DNA of 64,000 bases, from the NCBI GenBank assembly GCA_030295235.1, contig AP026164.1, positions 1,550,001 to 1,614,000 of the forward strand, in the 5' to 3' direction. The translations under genes were made by a program, and so were the position numbers. Under the pieces are notes generated by a model. The model saw nothing but the letters and a program-made list of their open reading frames with translations, made no database searches and was not told the DNA's origin. Shown piece by piece: positions 10,966-22,139 of this stretch; position 1 is the first letter of the stretch, and each line of letters opens with the position of its first letter. Source of the DNA: Fistulifera solaris. Lineage: Eukaryota.

Positions 10966-11958
10966 ATGCAATCCTTCGACTGCTTTCTCTTGACTGTCTT
11001 ACTTCTCATTCAATCTTTCACGCACGCACTCTCATCACCGAAAACTATGAAGCGGATCTTGGTAACGGGAGGCAACAAGGGTATAGGAAAGGCGATTTGT
11101 GAACGCCTCTTGCAGGAATGGGACAACACACACGTCATTCTAACAGCACGAAACGCGGAGCGTGGCAAATCAGCCGTGGAGGACATCATTAAGACGCTCA
11201 ATTGTTCGCCGGAACGGATTGCATTTTTAGAAATGGATGTGTCATCCGACGAGTCTGTTAAGGCTGCTAGTGCTGCCTTTGAAAAGATGAGTGCAGGTAC
11301 TCCTCTCGATGGAATCATCAACAACGCTGGTGTAAGTAGCAGGTCAAAGTAGATCCACATGGCATATTGTCACAGCCAACTCAATGTTCTTGCAGATCGG
11401 ATGGGGTTATTCGACCGAAGAAACCGTGAATACGAATTACTTTGGGGTCCGTCGGGTCAACGACGCTTTTAAAAATTTCTCAAACGACCAGGTGGTCGTA
11501 TCGTCCATATTGCCAGTGCTTCCGGTCCCAATTTTGTGGCGGATTTGGCGAAAAATGATCCTTTGCGTAAAACACTGGGTCAACCGTGGACGATCGAGGG
11601 TACAGGAGCGGAACGAGTCGCTCTTCTGGATACATTAGCCAAGGAAACACAAACCAACAATGGCTACGGCGTAGGCAAAGCATTCCTCAATGCTTACACG
11701 CATGTATTTGCCAGAATGAACCCCGATCTAGTCATCAATAGTTGCACACCAGGATACATTTTGACAGATATTACGAAAGGAATGGGTGCTTCGAATCCTC
11801 CTTCCAAAGGAGCCGTCCCTCCGTGTTGGTTGATGATGGATGAAAGTCTTGCCAAGGAGCCGACCGGTCGATACTATGGTAGCGATTGTGTGCGATCACC
11901 TCTTGATGTCTACCGAGGACCAGGAGACGCTCCTTGTATCAACGATGAAGACGTGTAG
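10966..11958 (+). CDS. Short-chain dehydrogenase/reductase (carbonyl reductase-like) with signal peptide; intron ~11332-11396 and a frameshift
   Basis: ILVTGGNKGIG, IINNAG, YGVGK (YxxxK), NSCTPGYILTDIT. Confidence 0.9.
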
Positions 11959-12034
11959 TAGTGACGTTTAGAAACGTACTTCTATTATGATATTTAAAGC
12001 GAATATTTGAAAAGAATACAACTGCCCTATCGAC

Positions 12035-13880
12035 CTATTGGTATGGCTGGGTGCTATTGTCTGATGTTGCTCCAGTGGTGATCGTCTCGATGGCTTCCAT
12101 GATCTCTTTCAAATCTTCTCCATTTACGTCCGTTTCGTTGATATCGGTCTGATTCGTCATAGTCTCAATATCATCCACTATTTCTCCCTCACGTTCTACT
12201 AACTCATCTAATTCCTCTATCCTTTCTTCCAAGTCAAACGCTGTAGCGCGTAACCGCTCATCCGCCAATACATCGCGGCGGATTGTATCACACAGAATAG
12301 ATAATCGAAGAGACCCCTGGAATGGATCTTCGATCGCGTACCAATTTCGTAAACGCCTGTTTGAACTCATGAGAAAACAGCTTCTTTTCCTTGTGGTACA
12401 ATTTCACTTACCGAAGAGTAACCAAGACATGACGAATAAAACAGGACCAGTAAACAATCGCAGATCCTTGACAACAGCGAAAGGGAACGAGAACAGCCAA
12501 ATAGTCAGCGCCCGCAATGTGTGGCGGGCGTAGTTCAGGGAACCACAGTTTGGTGAATGCGTTCTGCTCCACCTATACACGCGGACAGCTTATTCGTGAT
12601 TGCAATGAGAGCCAGACGCTCACGCGCCGAAAAATTAGGACCATCCGGAACGTCTCGCAGCTCCCTGGCTATGCGGTCGCAAACCTTGAGTGACAAAGGA
12701 GGCGAGGTGAGCGAATGCACACGACGGCTGTTTCATGCATCCCGTCGGGTTTAACTTACCCACAAAGGACGATTCTGAGCTTTAGCGCAGTATTCTAACG
12801 CATCGCCCGGCAATAATCTCCAAGGCAGTGTACGCTTGTCTACCCAATAAAGAGGACGCGTTTTGCGGCGACTCTGTCCTAACTCTTCTTCATTTTTTGC
12901 TACTATTGCAGCTTCCGGGTCGGTATCTCTCGGCCCATTGTCTTGATACAATAGTATCGTATTCTCTGGATCACGTTCATACTCCTCGTCGTCCAATCTG
13001 CGCATTACCAAGTTCGGTCGAATCCTATGGCGAAGGAGGTATGGAAAAGCAGCAAGAAGCCGTTGAATTCTTCGGCGTTTATCGATCCCAATTTCATTTT
13101 CATAAAGCATGCTCATTCGATAAAGATCCCTAGCGTTGTTGATGATGAGTTCCCATATCTTGCGGCCTTCGGCAAAACGTTGATAAGCGGAATTCGTTCG
13201 GAAAACCAGCAATAATCCTAAGGCACTCATTGTGAGCGAGTGGGGAGCAGCAGGAAAGTACATGTGAGATGCAGTTTCAGCGCTCTTTCGTAACAACTTC
13301 TCATGAAGAATGGCAAGAAAAGTTCCCCAAGATGTTACTACCAGTACTGGACTCATAATATCTCTAAGAATAGCGGAATTTAGTAACGTAATTGTGTTGT
13401 GAAACCAATCACGGCTTGAGTATCTGGATCAATCGTCAAATTGGTCGTCTCGTCATTAGAAATCAAGAACCTTAGCACTGGCCGTACGTAAAAAAGTTGT
13501 ACTCACCTATCGCTTCGCGGCACACCTCCCAACTCTTCTGCTTCTCTCATGATAACTTTATTAGTCCCCCGTAACCGTTTACCTCCTGATAGCCATCCAA
13601 GCCAAAGTCCTACCCCCGAATTGTTTTCGTCGTCGTCCACATTCTCATCGTCTTCATCTTCTTTTGTTCGAAACATTGGAAGAATACTGGAACATGGAAT
13701 GAACCCAGAAAACGCTAATATCTTTGTGGTTCCATTCCTTAGTTTCGATTTATTGGGGTAGTTTAGACTCGGTTGTATGGTCACAAAGGCCGAAGTCGTT
13801 GCCAACACGGTAGATACAGTCAGTAATCGTAGAAGATAAAGATCCGTTCGCCGCCGATGGCGTGATGATTTGTACTGCAT
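12035..13880 (-). CDS. Plastid-targeted bestrophin-like (UPF0187) anion channel; multi-exon
   Basis: Presequence ...LATTSAFVT; ALGLLLVFRTNSAYQRFAEGRKIW; CIGGAERIHQTVVP; IEDPF. Confidence 0.88.
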
Positions 13881-14047
13881 TGCAAATGTGAACGTTTGGC
13901 GCCGAGTAGTGCAGCTTACAAGTAAAAGAAACGTAGAATGAATAGTAGTTGTGGCTCACAAGGAAGTAAATTGTTGAATGAGTAGGTGAATAACAAGAGA
14001 CTGAGCTCCACAGCAAAAAACGCGAAGAAAAAAATCGAACCATACCT

Positions 14048-14096
14048 CCGGTACACCGGTACGGTACCGGTTCCGTACCGGTACGGAACCGGTACG
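14048..14096. repeat. GGTACC/CCGG cluster containing a perfect 32-bp palindrome
   Basis: GTACCGGTTCCGTACC|GGTACGGAACCGGTAC at 14064-14095, between the divergent bestrophin and FAN1 genes. Confidence 0.9.
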
Positions 14097-14441
14097 AAGC
14101 AGGCATCGCGAGAGAGCGCCCGCCGTGCACAAAGAGAAGTCATCCGTTGAATGAAATGAGTATTTATCATATCAAACTAAATACCGGTTTATTTTTCAAC
14201 GGAATACACAACTGATCTCTTGCGGACTGTGAGAGAGGGACTGGGACTGACAAGATTGGAGAATTTGTCGTCCTGCTCGGCGGACGAGGCAAAACGAAAT
14301 GAACGCAAAAAAAAGCTTCGTTCGTTGCGTCTTTGATAAGAAGTCAACCATGGACTAGGAAAGAGAATATAGTCTTTAATTTCCTTAAGCTTAAAGAGGA
14401 ACCAAAAATCTCAATAGATATTACTTTAGGCCGTCGCGACG

Positions 14442-17400
14442 ATGAATGAGAAGCCTAAGGATAGAACGGAAAGTCAACGAGGGCAATCACACGGAATGCA
14501 GGAGAGCCGTGAAATGTCAGCGCAACTCTTTTCTTCAACAACGGAGACCAAAAGACAATTAGAAAGTGATAGCCTTGAGCTAACATCAGCTTATACGGAC
14601 CTCCTGGCGATTTCTCATGTTGCAACGAGCACCAAAAAAGTTAAGATGTCGCGGGATGATTTGAGTAAACTTGCCTCCGTCAACCAGGCAGCCGCGATCG
14701 GCAACAGTGACAGCGACAGCAATAGCGATGTTGAATTTCTTTTTACTCTTCCTTCCGAGCCGAATGAGTCTGCAAGTAAGCCCGCAGAATCACCACAGTT
14801 CGATCCGGAGGCGAGCTGTGCATCGAAAGATACACCCAAGGACACCAAGATGAATTCCGTGCCGTCATACACACACGCATCATCAGCTTACGTACAAAAC
14901 TTGGCGGAAATATGCTACACAATTATGCATGATGCTAGATGGCGCACAATGGAAAACAATACATTATTTCGATGGGAACAGGGCGACGACCTTAGTATTG
15001 TCAAAGAACTCTCGAGATATTACGAGGGAACTGTGAAGACCGGATGTGGACTTTGTCGTTGTAGTGAACGGGGTGAAACAGCTGTTGAGTCTCATAAAAA
15101 TATGAAACAAAGCGAAATGTTGCCCGATTCTGACGAAGCCAGGGCTATTCATCTCTACTGTCGCTTATACTATAGAAAAGGTCCGTGGTTCAGGATCGAT
15201 GACATTTACAAGAGATACTATGCACACGGAGCTAAGCGTACGACTGGCAAAATCGACCGATTGACTGTTGAGGAGACGAAAGAGAATACACAGCAAGGAG
15301 GTCCACTAGATCAGAACTTACGACACGACAGAAAAAATTCAATGCCAGATGTCAATTCTTTTCAAAAGCATCAATGGGACGGAAATAGGAGTGGAATAGA
15401 CTTACTCATTGCTGACCTGTGTTGGCTAGTTGCGGTTGGTTATATTCGTGGGTTTGAGAGTGAAGAAGAGTGCGGAAAAACTGTTGGGCGATCTTTGCTG
15501 AAGAGCGTCGAGAGGACATTTGTTCTTTCCAAGTTAGGAGCCAAAAGGAAGACCAAGGGAGCGCGATCATCTAGCGCTTGTACAGCTAATGAAATCTGGA
15601 CGCAGATGCAACAGCAAAAGAGCTTGTGGTCTCATTTTCAGCAAAGAAACGCGAAACAATCCTCCTTGTTACCAGTTCGGAAGCATGTAGATGAGATTAT
15701 ATATCAACAAGTGACAAAATGCGTGATGCAGTCAGATAGCATAGTTGAGCATACGCAAACTTTTACGCTCCGAACCTTTGGAGACGACGTGCTGAAGCAT
15801 GTTCGAGAAGTTTTTCAAAGATCTAGCCAAGAGGCTCGAATCAAACAAATGAGTGGGTTAACCTGTATTCGGCTGAGAGAGGCGCCTTTGAAAACGTTGA
15901 AGAGGGTCGTGAGACTTTATCTCTGTGCCACAGAGGGCCCCGGTCAGATGCGAGGGGATGGCAGCAACGGATGGTACAGTATTGAAGCCAGGAGCTCGTT
16001 ACCTGATCTCCCACTGTCTCCGTCGATTGATGCGAACTGGCATCGCATAAACTACCCAGGTTTAATGGTGCGCTTCGGTCGAGCTTCTTCATTTTTCTCG
16101 AAAGCTTTTCAACCAATAAACGCAGAACTCTGCAACGACCACAAAAAAGAGGAACACGTCTCTTCTCTAAGGATTTTTGGCTCCACGGATACATTTCAAA
16201 CCTGGGAAGCTACAGCAGAACTCCGTGCAAATGTTGATTACCTTATCAATTTGAACGAAATAATACGTTACAACAAACGAAAATTAGATCGCGGCGATAG
16301 AACATCACTGTCGCTGCCTTCGCTCACCGATACAGATGTCGATTTTATCGGGATATCGGACAAAAACGGTCGTAGAAATGTTGTTTTTAAATTTTTTCAG
16401 GCATGTCGAGTCTCGGATCAGAGGGCCGAAGATGCGCTACTCAAAATTGAAAAAGATATAAATGAAAGTCTTCCTTCGGTGAAGCTTTGTTGCGAGAGGG
16501 TCTTACATACTATTGGTGTGACCTGCTTGCATCTTCTTTCTTTACGGCATGCGTCAATCGCAACAGCTGATTTAGATCCGATCACTCAGCGTCCATGGCT
16601 ACGGCATTTGACTTGGGAAAGCTGCATGGCCTCCCTACTATGGGACATTCACCCATATTTTGAGAGGAACAACTGTTATCGACTTGCTTTATTGTCTCTT
16701 CAGATTCTTGTTTTTGGGAAAGCTGATGACAAGTTGACATTAGTCTATCCTGAAGCCCCATCGCCACTGGCACTACATCTTATATCACGCCGCGCAAGAG
16801 GAAAAGCATTCGACAGGATCGTAATAGATTTCACTCATTTGACACGAAAGGCAACCAGCCTGAAAGACGATAACAATTTTGCTCAAAACGAAATATTGTC
16901 GCTTTTGTCTGGAAAAGTCATGTGTTTTACAAAAGCGGCGATCCGGGATGCTTCATCGTCTTCCTCAATTTCTTTTGGATCAATTAGGATCCTTGCCAAG
17001 CGTCTTTGCCGTCCGCTGTCAGAATCAGTTGCCCATTTAACTCCCATGGAAGCCAGTGAGCTTGGTCTTCGTCTAGATAATGATGACATTAAAGCTTCCT
17101 CGAAGAAAAGCTACAGAGACTGGTCACCGCTAACAGACCGATCGGTAGCAAACGCCATCCTATCTGATCAGTCCAACTCAGGACGATGCTCTTTTGTAGG
17201 ACATGAAGACGGCGGAATTCTAAGTCAAGCTGCTTCCTCGATGAATGTCGAAGATCTTGCAATGGAATATTACCGGAGTGGTCGGCTACCAATACAGTCA
17301 GACGACGCTGCAATTACCGGCGGAGGATTTCACGGTTGGCATGACGAAGGAGGTCGAGTTCGAGCATTATTTCGAATACTCTGCTCGAAGAATGTACTGG

Positions 17401-18284
17401 GCATGAATTGGGGAGAATCTTTTGTTATGATGAGTTCAAACTTCGATCATTATACTGTTCACCTTTCTCCATATCAAGGGGCGCCGTTCGATTTGCATGT
17501 TGGTCATGGAAAGCAAACAAATGCTACAAGCTTCTATTCTCGAAGGAAGAAAGAAATTGACAAGTTTCTTAGTAGGTTGCAGATGCTTACATGCCAAGAG
17601 GTTGCCGACCTTGTCTACGACGAAGTGAAGACGCACCTGAATTGGTCTTTACAACATACGACGAACGATCCGCAACTCATCAGAGATCTCTTGCAACTAA
17701 GGACACTCTCCGCTCTTGCTGCTGGCCTCGGCGGTATGCAACTTGCTTCAATCTTCCGCTGCTTGTTCTTTGATTATCGTTATTACAGTGGAGGCTTGCC
17801 CGATCTGCTCCTCTTCAGAGCGGTTTACGAAGATTCCACGAACCTTGAGCTGGTTGAATTGAGTGAATGGATTGGTGAAGAGTTTTCGAAGGACCGACAG
17901 GCAGCAATGGCCGAAAAGATAGGAGCTAGCTTCTTACTTGACCGCGATGATGAATTTCTAGGCTGCAGTAAATCAGGGGACTCCGCAGGGCAAGGCATTC
18001 AGTCAACTCGACAAGGGAGAGGGAATTCGGAGAAGCTTGACTTGCGGATGCCACCATCACAAGATATGCTTCCGGAAAGACTTATTCTTTGGCACTGTAG
18101 TCGGAAAGTAAAAATTGACTGTATTATGGTAGAAGTAAAGAGCGCTAATGATCGTCTTGATCCCCGACAAGAAGATTGGTTGAATATTCTCGACCGTCAC
18201 GGCAATGCGAGAGTCTGTAAATTCGAAAAGTCTTCAAAAGCCAGGAAGACAGAGGATAATGGTGAGTCTAAATGCGAGGAATAG
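14442..18284 (+). CDS. FAN1: Fanconi-associated nuclease 1-like protein (VRR-NUC domain)
   Basis: LYCRLYYRKGPWFR; VEDLAMEYY; GWHDEG; YQGAPFDL; SGGLPDLLL; MVEVKSANDRLDPRQEDWL (PD-(D/E)xK VRR-NUC). Confidence 0.9.
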   Translation: MNEKPKDRTESQRGQSHGMQESREMSAQLFSSTTETKRQLESDSLELTSAYTDLLAISHVATSTKKVKMSRDDLSKLASVNQAAAIGNSDSDSNSDVEFLFTLPSEPNESASKPAESPQFDPEASCASKDTPKDTKMNSVPSYTHASSAYVQNLAEICYTIMHDARWRTMENNTLFRWEQGDDLSIVKELSRYYEGTVKTGCGLCRCSERGETAVESHKNMKQSEMLPDSDEARAIHLYCRLYYRKGPWFRIDDIYKRYYAHGAKRTTGKIDRLTVEETKENTQQGGPLDQNLRHDRKNSMPDVNSFQKHQWDGNRSGIDLLIADLCWLVAVGYIRGFESEEECGKTVGRSLLKSVERTFVLSKLGAKRKTKGARSSSACTANEIWTQMQQQKSLWSHFQQRNAKQSSLLPVRKHVDEIIYQQVTKCVMQSDSIVEHTQTFTLRTFGDDVLKHVREVFQRSSQEARIKQMSGLTCIRLREAPLKTLKRVVRLYLCATEGPGQMRGDGSNGWYSIEARSSLPDLPLSPSIDANWHRINYPGLMVRFGRASSFFSKAFQPINAELCNDHKKEEHVSSLRIFGSTDTFQTWEATAELRANVDYLINLNEIIRYNKRKLDRGDRTSLSLPSLTDTDVDFIGISDKNGRRNVVFKFFQACRVSDQRAEDALLKIEKDINESLPSVKLCCERVLHTIGVTCLHLLSLRHASIATADLDPITQRPWLRHLTWESCMASLLWDIHPYFERNNCYRLALLSLQILVFGKADDKLTLVYPEAPSPLALHLISRRARGKAFDRIVIDFTHLTRKATSLKDDNNFAQNEILSLLSGKVMCFTKAAIRDASSSSSISFGSIRILAKRLCRPLSESVAHLTPMEASELGLRLDNDDIKASSKKSYRDWSPLTDRSVANAILSDQSNSGRCSFVGHEDGGILSQAASSMNVEDLAMEYYRSGRLPIQSDDAAITGGGFHGWHDEGGRVRALFRILCSKNVLGMNWGESFVMMSSNFDHYTVHLSPYQGAPFDLHVGHGKQTNATSFYSRRKKEIDKFLSRLQMLTCQEVADLVYDEVKTHLNWSLQHTTNDPQLIRDLLQLRTLSALAAGLGGMQLASIFRCLFFDYRYYSGGLPDLLLFRAVYEDSTNLELVELSEWIGEEFSKDRQAAMAEKIGASFLLDRDDEFLGCSKSGDSAGQGIQSTRQGRGNSEKLDLRMPPSQDMLPERLILWHCSRKVKIDCIMVEVKSANDRLDPRQEDWLNILDRHGNARVCKFEKSSKARKTEDNGESKCEE

Positions 18285-19293
18285 TAGATAATGCATCAAG
18301 CTCCGCTCTTTCGTCAGAATCGCGGTTCTCGGATAACCCAACCCGCTGTCTCCAGTCGCTACGTAGCTGGCGCATTCGTTCATAATAAGCCGCGTGGAAT
18401 ATGCCTTCTGAGGCTGCATTATAGGTGAGAAAAACAGCTCTTCTAGGAAAGTGAGACGAATTTGCAGACGATCGATGGGGAACCCAGCCGTTAAAGATCG
18501 CGATTGTCCCTCCGGGACACTCGAGGTCCTTAAAATCAAGCGTTTCGGCTATTTCAAGGGGAATAGCACCTGCTCTGCCACTTGCATCCGGACTGCCGTT
18601 TTCATCGGGAAGAACAACTGCACAAGCATTTTTTTCGCTCCACTCGCCTTTCGCTAGTCGCAAACATCCATTGGAAGATGTCATGTTGTCGATAGCAACC
18701 ATGACGGTAACAAAGTCTTTCGGGCCATTGTCACCTAGAGCAACTCGTAAGGAAGGAGTGTCAAGATGCGGCGCGAATCCGCTTCCACCTGGAGGTTTTA
18801 AATTTAGCTTTTCCTTGTACAAAACATGTGGCGCACCGAGAGCAGCAGAAACACATCTTCGTAAATAGTTATTGCAAAGAATATCCCAGTCCTTGTGAGA
18901 ATCAACAAAATTCTCTAATCTTGTCAGCTTTCGCCGCTCTTCAATGATGGCTTCTCCACTCGCCTTATTTTTCGTTAGGACCTGAACTGTTTCATATGTT
19001 TTGTCCATCGCCATGCTATCCGAAGACCAAACTATTTCTTCGGTCAATTTCCTCATGACGAAAGCAGGGATAGACAACTCTGGGGGCAATACGCACACCG
19101 ACGTGGTTTTGTATTGTTCTTTTAAATCGTATTGATTCACAGTTTGCTGTATAAAGTCATCGGCTAAATCTCCAAGAGCTTCCACGCTCTCCTTCGACGG
19201 AAGCTCGCCATTGTCACCACAACTGCTGTCATCCTTGATATCGAGGGAAGAGATGCCTAACAATTCGCAGAGTGCCTCGTCAGCACTTGCCAT
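18268..19293 (-). CDS. Phytanoyl-CoA dioxygenase (PhyH)-family 2OG-Fe(II) oxygenase
   Basis: LYKEKLNLKPPGGSGFAPHLD (HxD); VMVAIDNMTSSNGCL; FNGWVPHRSSANSSHFPRRAVFLTYN. Confidence 0.88.
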   Translation of the reverse strand: MASADEALCELLGISSLDIKDDSSCGDNGELPSKESVEALGDLADDFIQQTVNQYDLKEQYKTTSVCVLPPELSIPAFVMRKLTEEIVWSSDSMAMDKTYETVQVLTKNKASGEAIIEERRKLTRLENFVDSHKDWDILCNNYLRRCVSAALGAPHVLYKEKLNLKPPGGSGFAPHLDTPSLRVALGDNGPKDFVTVMVAIDNMTSSNGCLRLAKGEWSEKNACAVVLPDENGSPDASGRAGAIPLEIAETLDFKDLECPGGTIAIFNGWVPHRSSANSSHFPRRAVFLTYNAASEGIFHAAYYERMRQLRSDWRQRVGLSENRDSDERAELDALSTIPRI

Positions 19294-19319
19294 GGTATCG
19301 TCGTCACTAATGCATTCTA

Positions 19320-19771
19320 TGTCACGGAAATGCGGATAGCGGGCAGACTACTAGGGACTCAGCCAATATGGCCGCACGACCTAATGCGAATTCCGATCCC
19401 CAAATCGGAAGCATCCGAATGTAACCTCTTGGGCGAGGCCCAAGGGTCTTTGCAACGATTTGGGTTGATCGTGAAGGCGTGAAAGGTTTGCAAGCAACGC
19501 GATACAAGAATGTTAGAGCCACATACGTGAGCTCAGAATTTCAAGATAAAACAAGACCTAGTCCGATGGCAGTGACATTCTCGGCGGAACCATCACCCAG
19601 TGAGATTCCACCTTGTTCATTTGTCGGATTTGTAAAGGCTTCATAATATTGTTGTTTGGAAAACTTTGACTGTTTATCGTCTTAGCTCTACCAGATACTT
19701 CCTCTTCTGTTGTTGCGAAACGTAGCGACTTGGTTGACAGAATTTCTGTTTCTGTCCGTCGATACGTGAGA
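19320..19771 (+). repeat. 5' LTR (TG...GA)
   Basis: TGTCACGGAAATGCGG...GATACGTGAGA; differs from the 3' LTR by two 1-bp indels on visual comparison. Confidence 0.95.
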
Positions 19772-19785
19772 GGTTACGAGCCCAG
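19772..19785 (+). other. Primer-binding site complementary to the anticodon arm of tRNAiMet (half-tRNA primer type)
   Basis: GGTTACGAGCCCAG directly abuts the LTR; compare copia GGTTATGGGCCCAG and Ty5 GGTTATGAGCCC. Confidence 0.8.
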
Positions 19786-19871
19786 ATTCACACTATCTGG
19801 TACAGTCTTTGCAGTTGTTTGATACACGTGCCCTACTTACTCCTCTTTTGTCGTCTTTCGTTATTCGCGAT

Positions 19872-21350
19872 ATGTCTTCCGATAGCGAAACTGATGACAG
19901 GAAACCTCCTCCGGTGACCGCCGGTACTCGCCTCGCAGTTTCACCAAGCGCAAAAGTCGAAAAGGATGTTCAGGCCACTTTTTCCGAGCCCGTTCTCGCG
20001 CCAAAGTTCGGCCTTGTTCAAGGTTCTATCCCAGCTATTGGTGGTCCTCCGGATGCAAACTTTACTCGCAGTGTTAACCTTGTGCCTGCGACGCCCTACT
20101 GCTTCCGAGATCCGAATCCTTATCGCGCTGAGAAAAGTTTTAAGGATCGCATCGCCGGTCTCGACCCCAAGTTCAGTCCTACTGCGAATGACTACCGCCT
20201 TGTTGAGCTCGCGGATGAAGCGTTCAACCATTGTATTACGCATGGTCTCGATACGCCGTTCTACATGAATGATCCTGCTGATCTCAGTCGTGTCATCGAT
20301 CTCTTCGTGTACCATGGCAAGTTCACTTTCGACGAAGTCGCGAAGCATCTCGAAGACATGATCAAGTCCGGTGTCTTTGATCAGTACATGATCAACTCGC
20401 TAAGCGATTCGGCTGCTTTTCTGCTCAACTCGTTGGAGCGCTCCTTCCAGCGCACGATTCGTACTTCCTTGAGTTCCGGCCATGCGCGCTTTGGCCCTTT
20501 GGTTTGGATGAAAATCACCGAAGAAGTTCTTCCCAACGCATTTCGCCGTGTCTCAGAGCTCGGAGAAGAGTTCACCAAGCGCACGTTGGTTGAAACTCCC
20601 GGTGAGAATGTTGCTGCTTGGGCGAATGCGCAGATGGAGACTTTGCAGGAGTTGGAAGCTAATGACCAGCTCCCTCGCGACCACTTGATTATTTTGCAGC
20701 AGCAGCTGTGCAAATGTTCGGTCGAAGCGTTCGTGTTCACTGGCACACGAAGTTGGCATCTCTCTCCGACTTTGTGCGTCTCTCTGCCGGAAAGTCGAAG
20801 GAAGTTGCTGAAAGGATGAGCGGTTATACAAACTATCGCCGCGATTCTCCATGAAGCTAAAGATTTCTACAGCACCCTTAAGGACGATTGGGGACCGGCT
20901 AAAGGAGTTGCTACTGATGTTAGTGCTAATACTGCGGCTATCAAGAGTCTCAAAGCCGAGTTCAAGACCCTCAAGTCGAAATTCGAGTCGAACGGCACTA
21001 AAACTGCCTCCCTCGAAGACCAAGGACAAGAAGGCGAACAAAGACAAGGCTGCTCCGAAGGCTGGCGGTGGTGATGGCGACAAGAAAAGCGGTGGTTCGA
21101 CCGAAACTCGTTGGACTTCGCATCGCGCCGAAGGACGGCGAGCCCACCACCATGACCAAGTACGGCAAGACTTTCTATTATTGCGCCAAGTGCAAGCGTT
21201 GGAACCAGACTCATGGAACCGACGAGCACAAGAGCAAAGAAGAGAAGCCCGCTGATGTTAAGCCCGCCGCTCCTGCCGCTAATGTTGCTCAAGCTTGGAC
21301 GGCACCCTTGCAGTTCTGTTGGGGTTCCGACAGCGATTCGAATAGGAAAT
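19872..21350 (+). CDS. Retrotransposon Gag (frameshifted; 3' end approximate) with atypical zinc knuckle
   Basis: Start MSSDSETDDRKPP; GPLVWMKITEE; ETPGENV; FYYCAKCKRWNQTHGTDEH at ~21170-21230. Confidence 0.75.
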
Positions 21351-22139
21351 CGGCAGGGAAGGTGAACCTTCGATCGAGGTCCCTTCCTGAGCCTTTTGTC
21401 CATATTTATCGGTCGTTTATTGTTGGAGCTTTTGCCGAAGCATTTTATTCTTTGCTGGTTGATTGTGGAGTGCTTTTCTTGGTGGCGTCATTTCCGTGTT
21501 GCTGCGACCATCTCGAAGTGGTTGCGTGCCCAAAGTGCCGCTCATCGTCGCTCTCTTGGTCTTCGGCCGCGATTCACGCCTTTGCCCGGAAGCGTCTCAT
21601 CTCTCTCCCGTGTCGTTTCATGGTGCTTTCTTCGATCATGACGAGCATGTGGCGAGTGACGCTTACGCTCGGCGCCCCCGGTGTTGTTTATGGAGTCAAC
21701 TTGGTGCCCGCCTGGCATGGCTGCTACCAGTTTCATCCAAGTGATCGCGAGCCGACGTTTGCGCCGACCTCCTGATCCTTCTTCATCTTCAAACGATTCG
21801 TCTTGTCAGCATGGTGAGGATGGTGTTTTTCGGCGTCGCAAGCAAAATCGTTTTGTCGGGGAAACTGCGAGAGGAGCAAACGTCGTCGAAGACTTCGGGC
21901 GATTCCTCGTTGGGCCTTGGAGCTTCCGGATATGATTGACAGCAATGGCCATTTGTGTACCGAGTCTTTAGATTTATCGTGTCCGCCGACCGGGCATCCT
22001 AAGCCTTGGAACCTACTGGACGACTCTCTTCTGTTTTGCTATCCCACTGGGCATTTCTTTCCAGAGGGAGCTGCTAGTGAAAGTGAGACGATGTTGCTTC
22101 GAGAGGGAGATAATAGTGTAGACAACTCTAAAGCCTACT

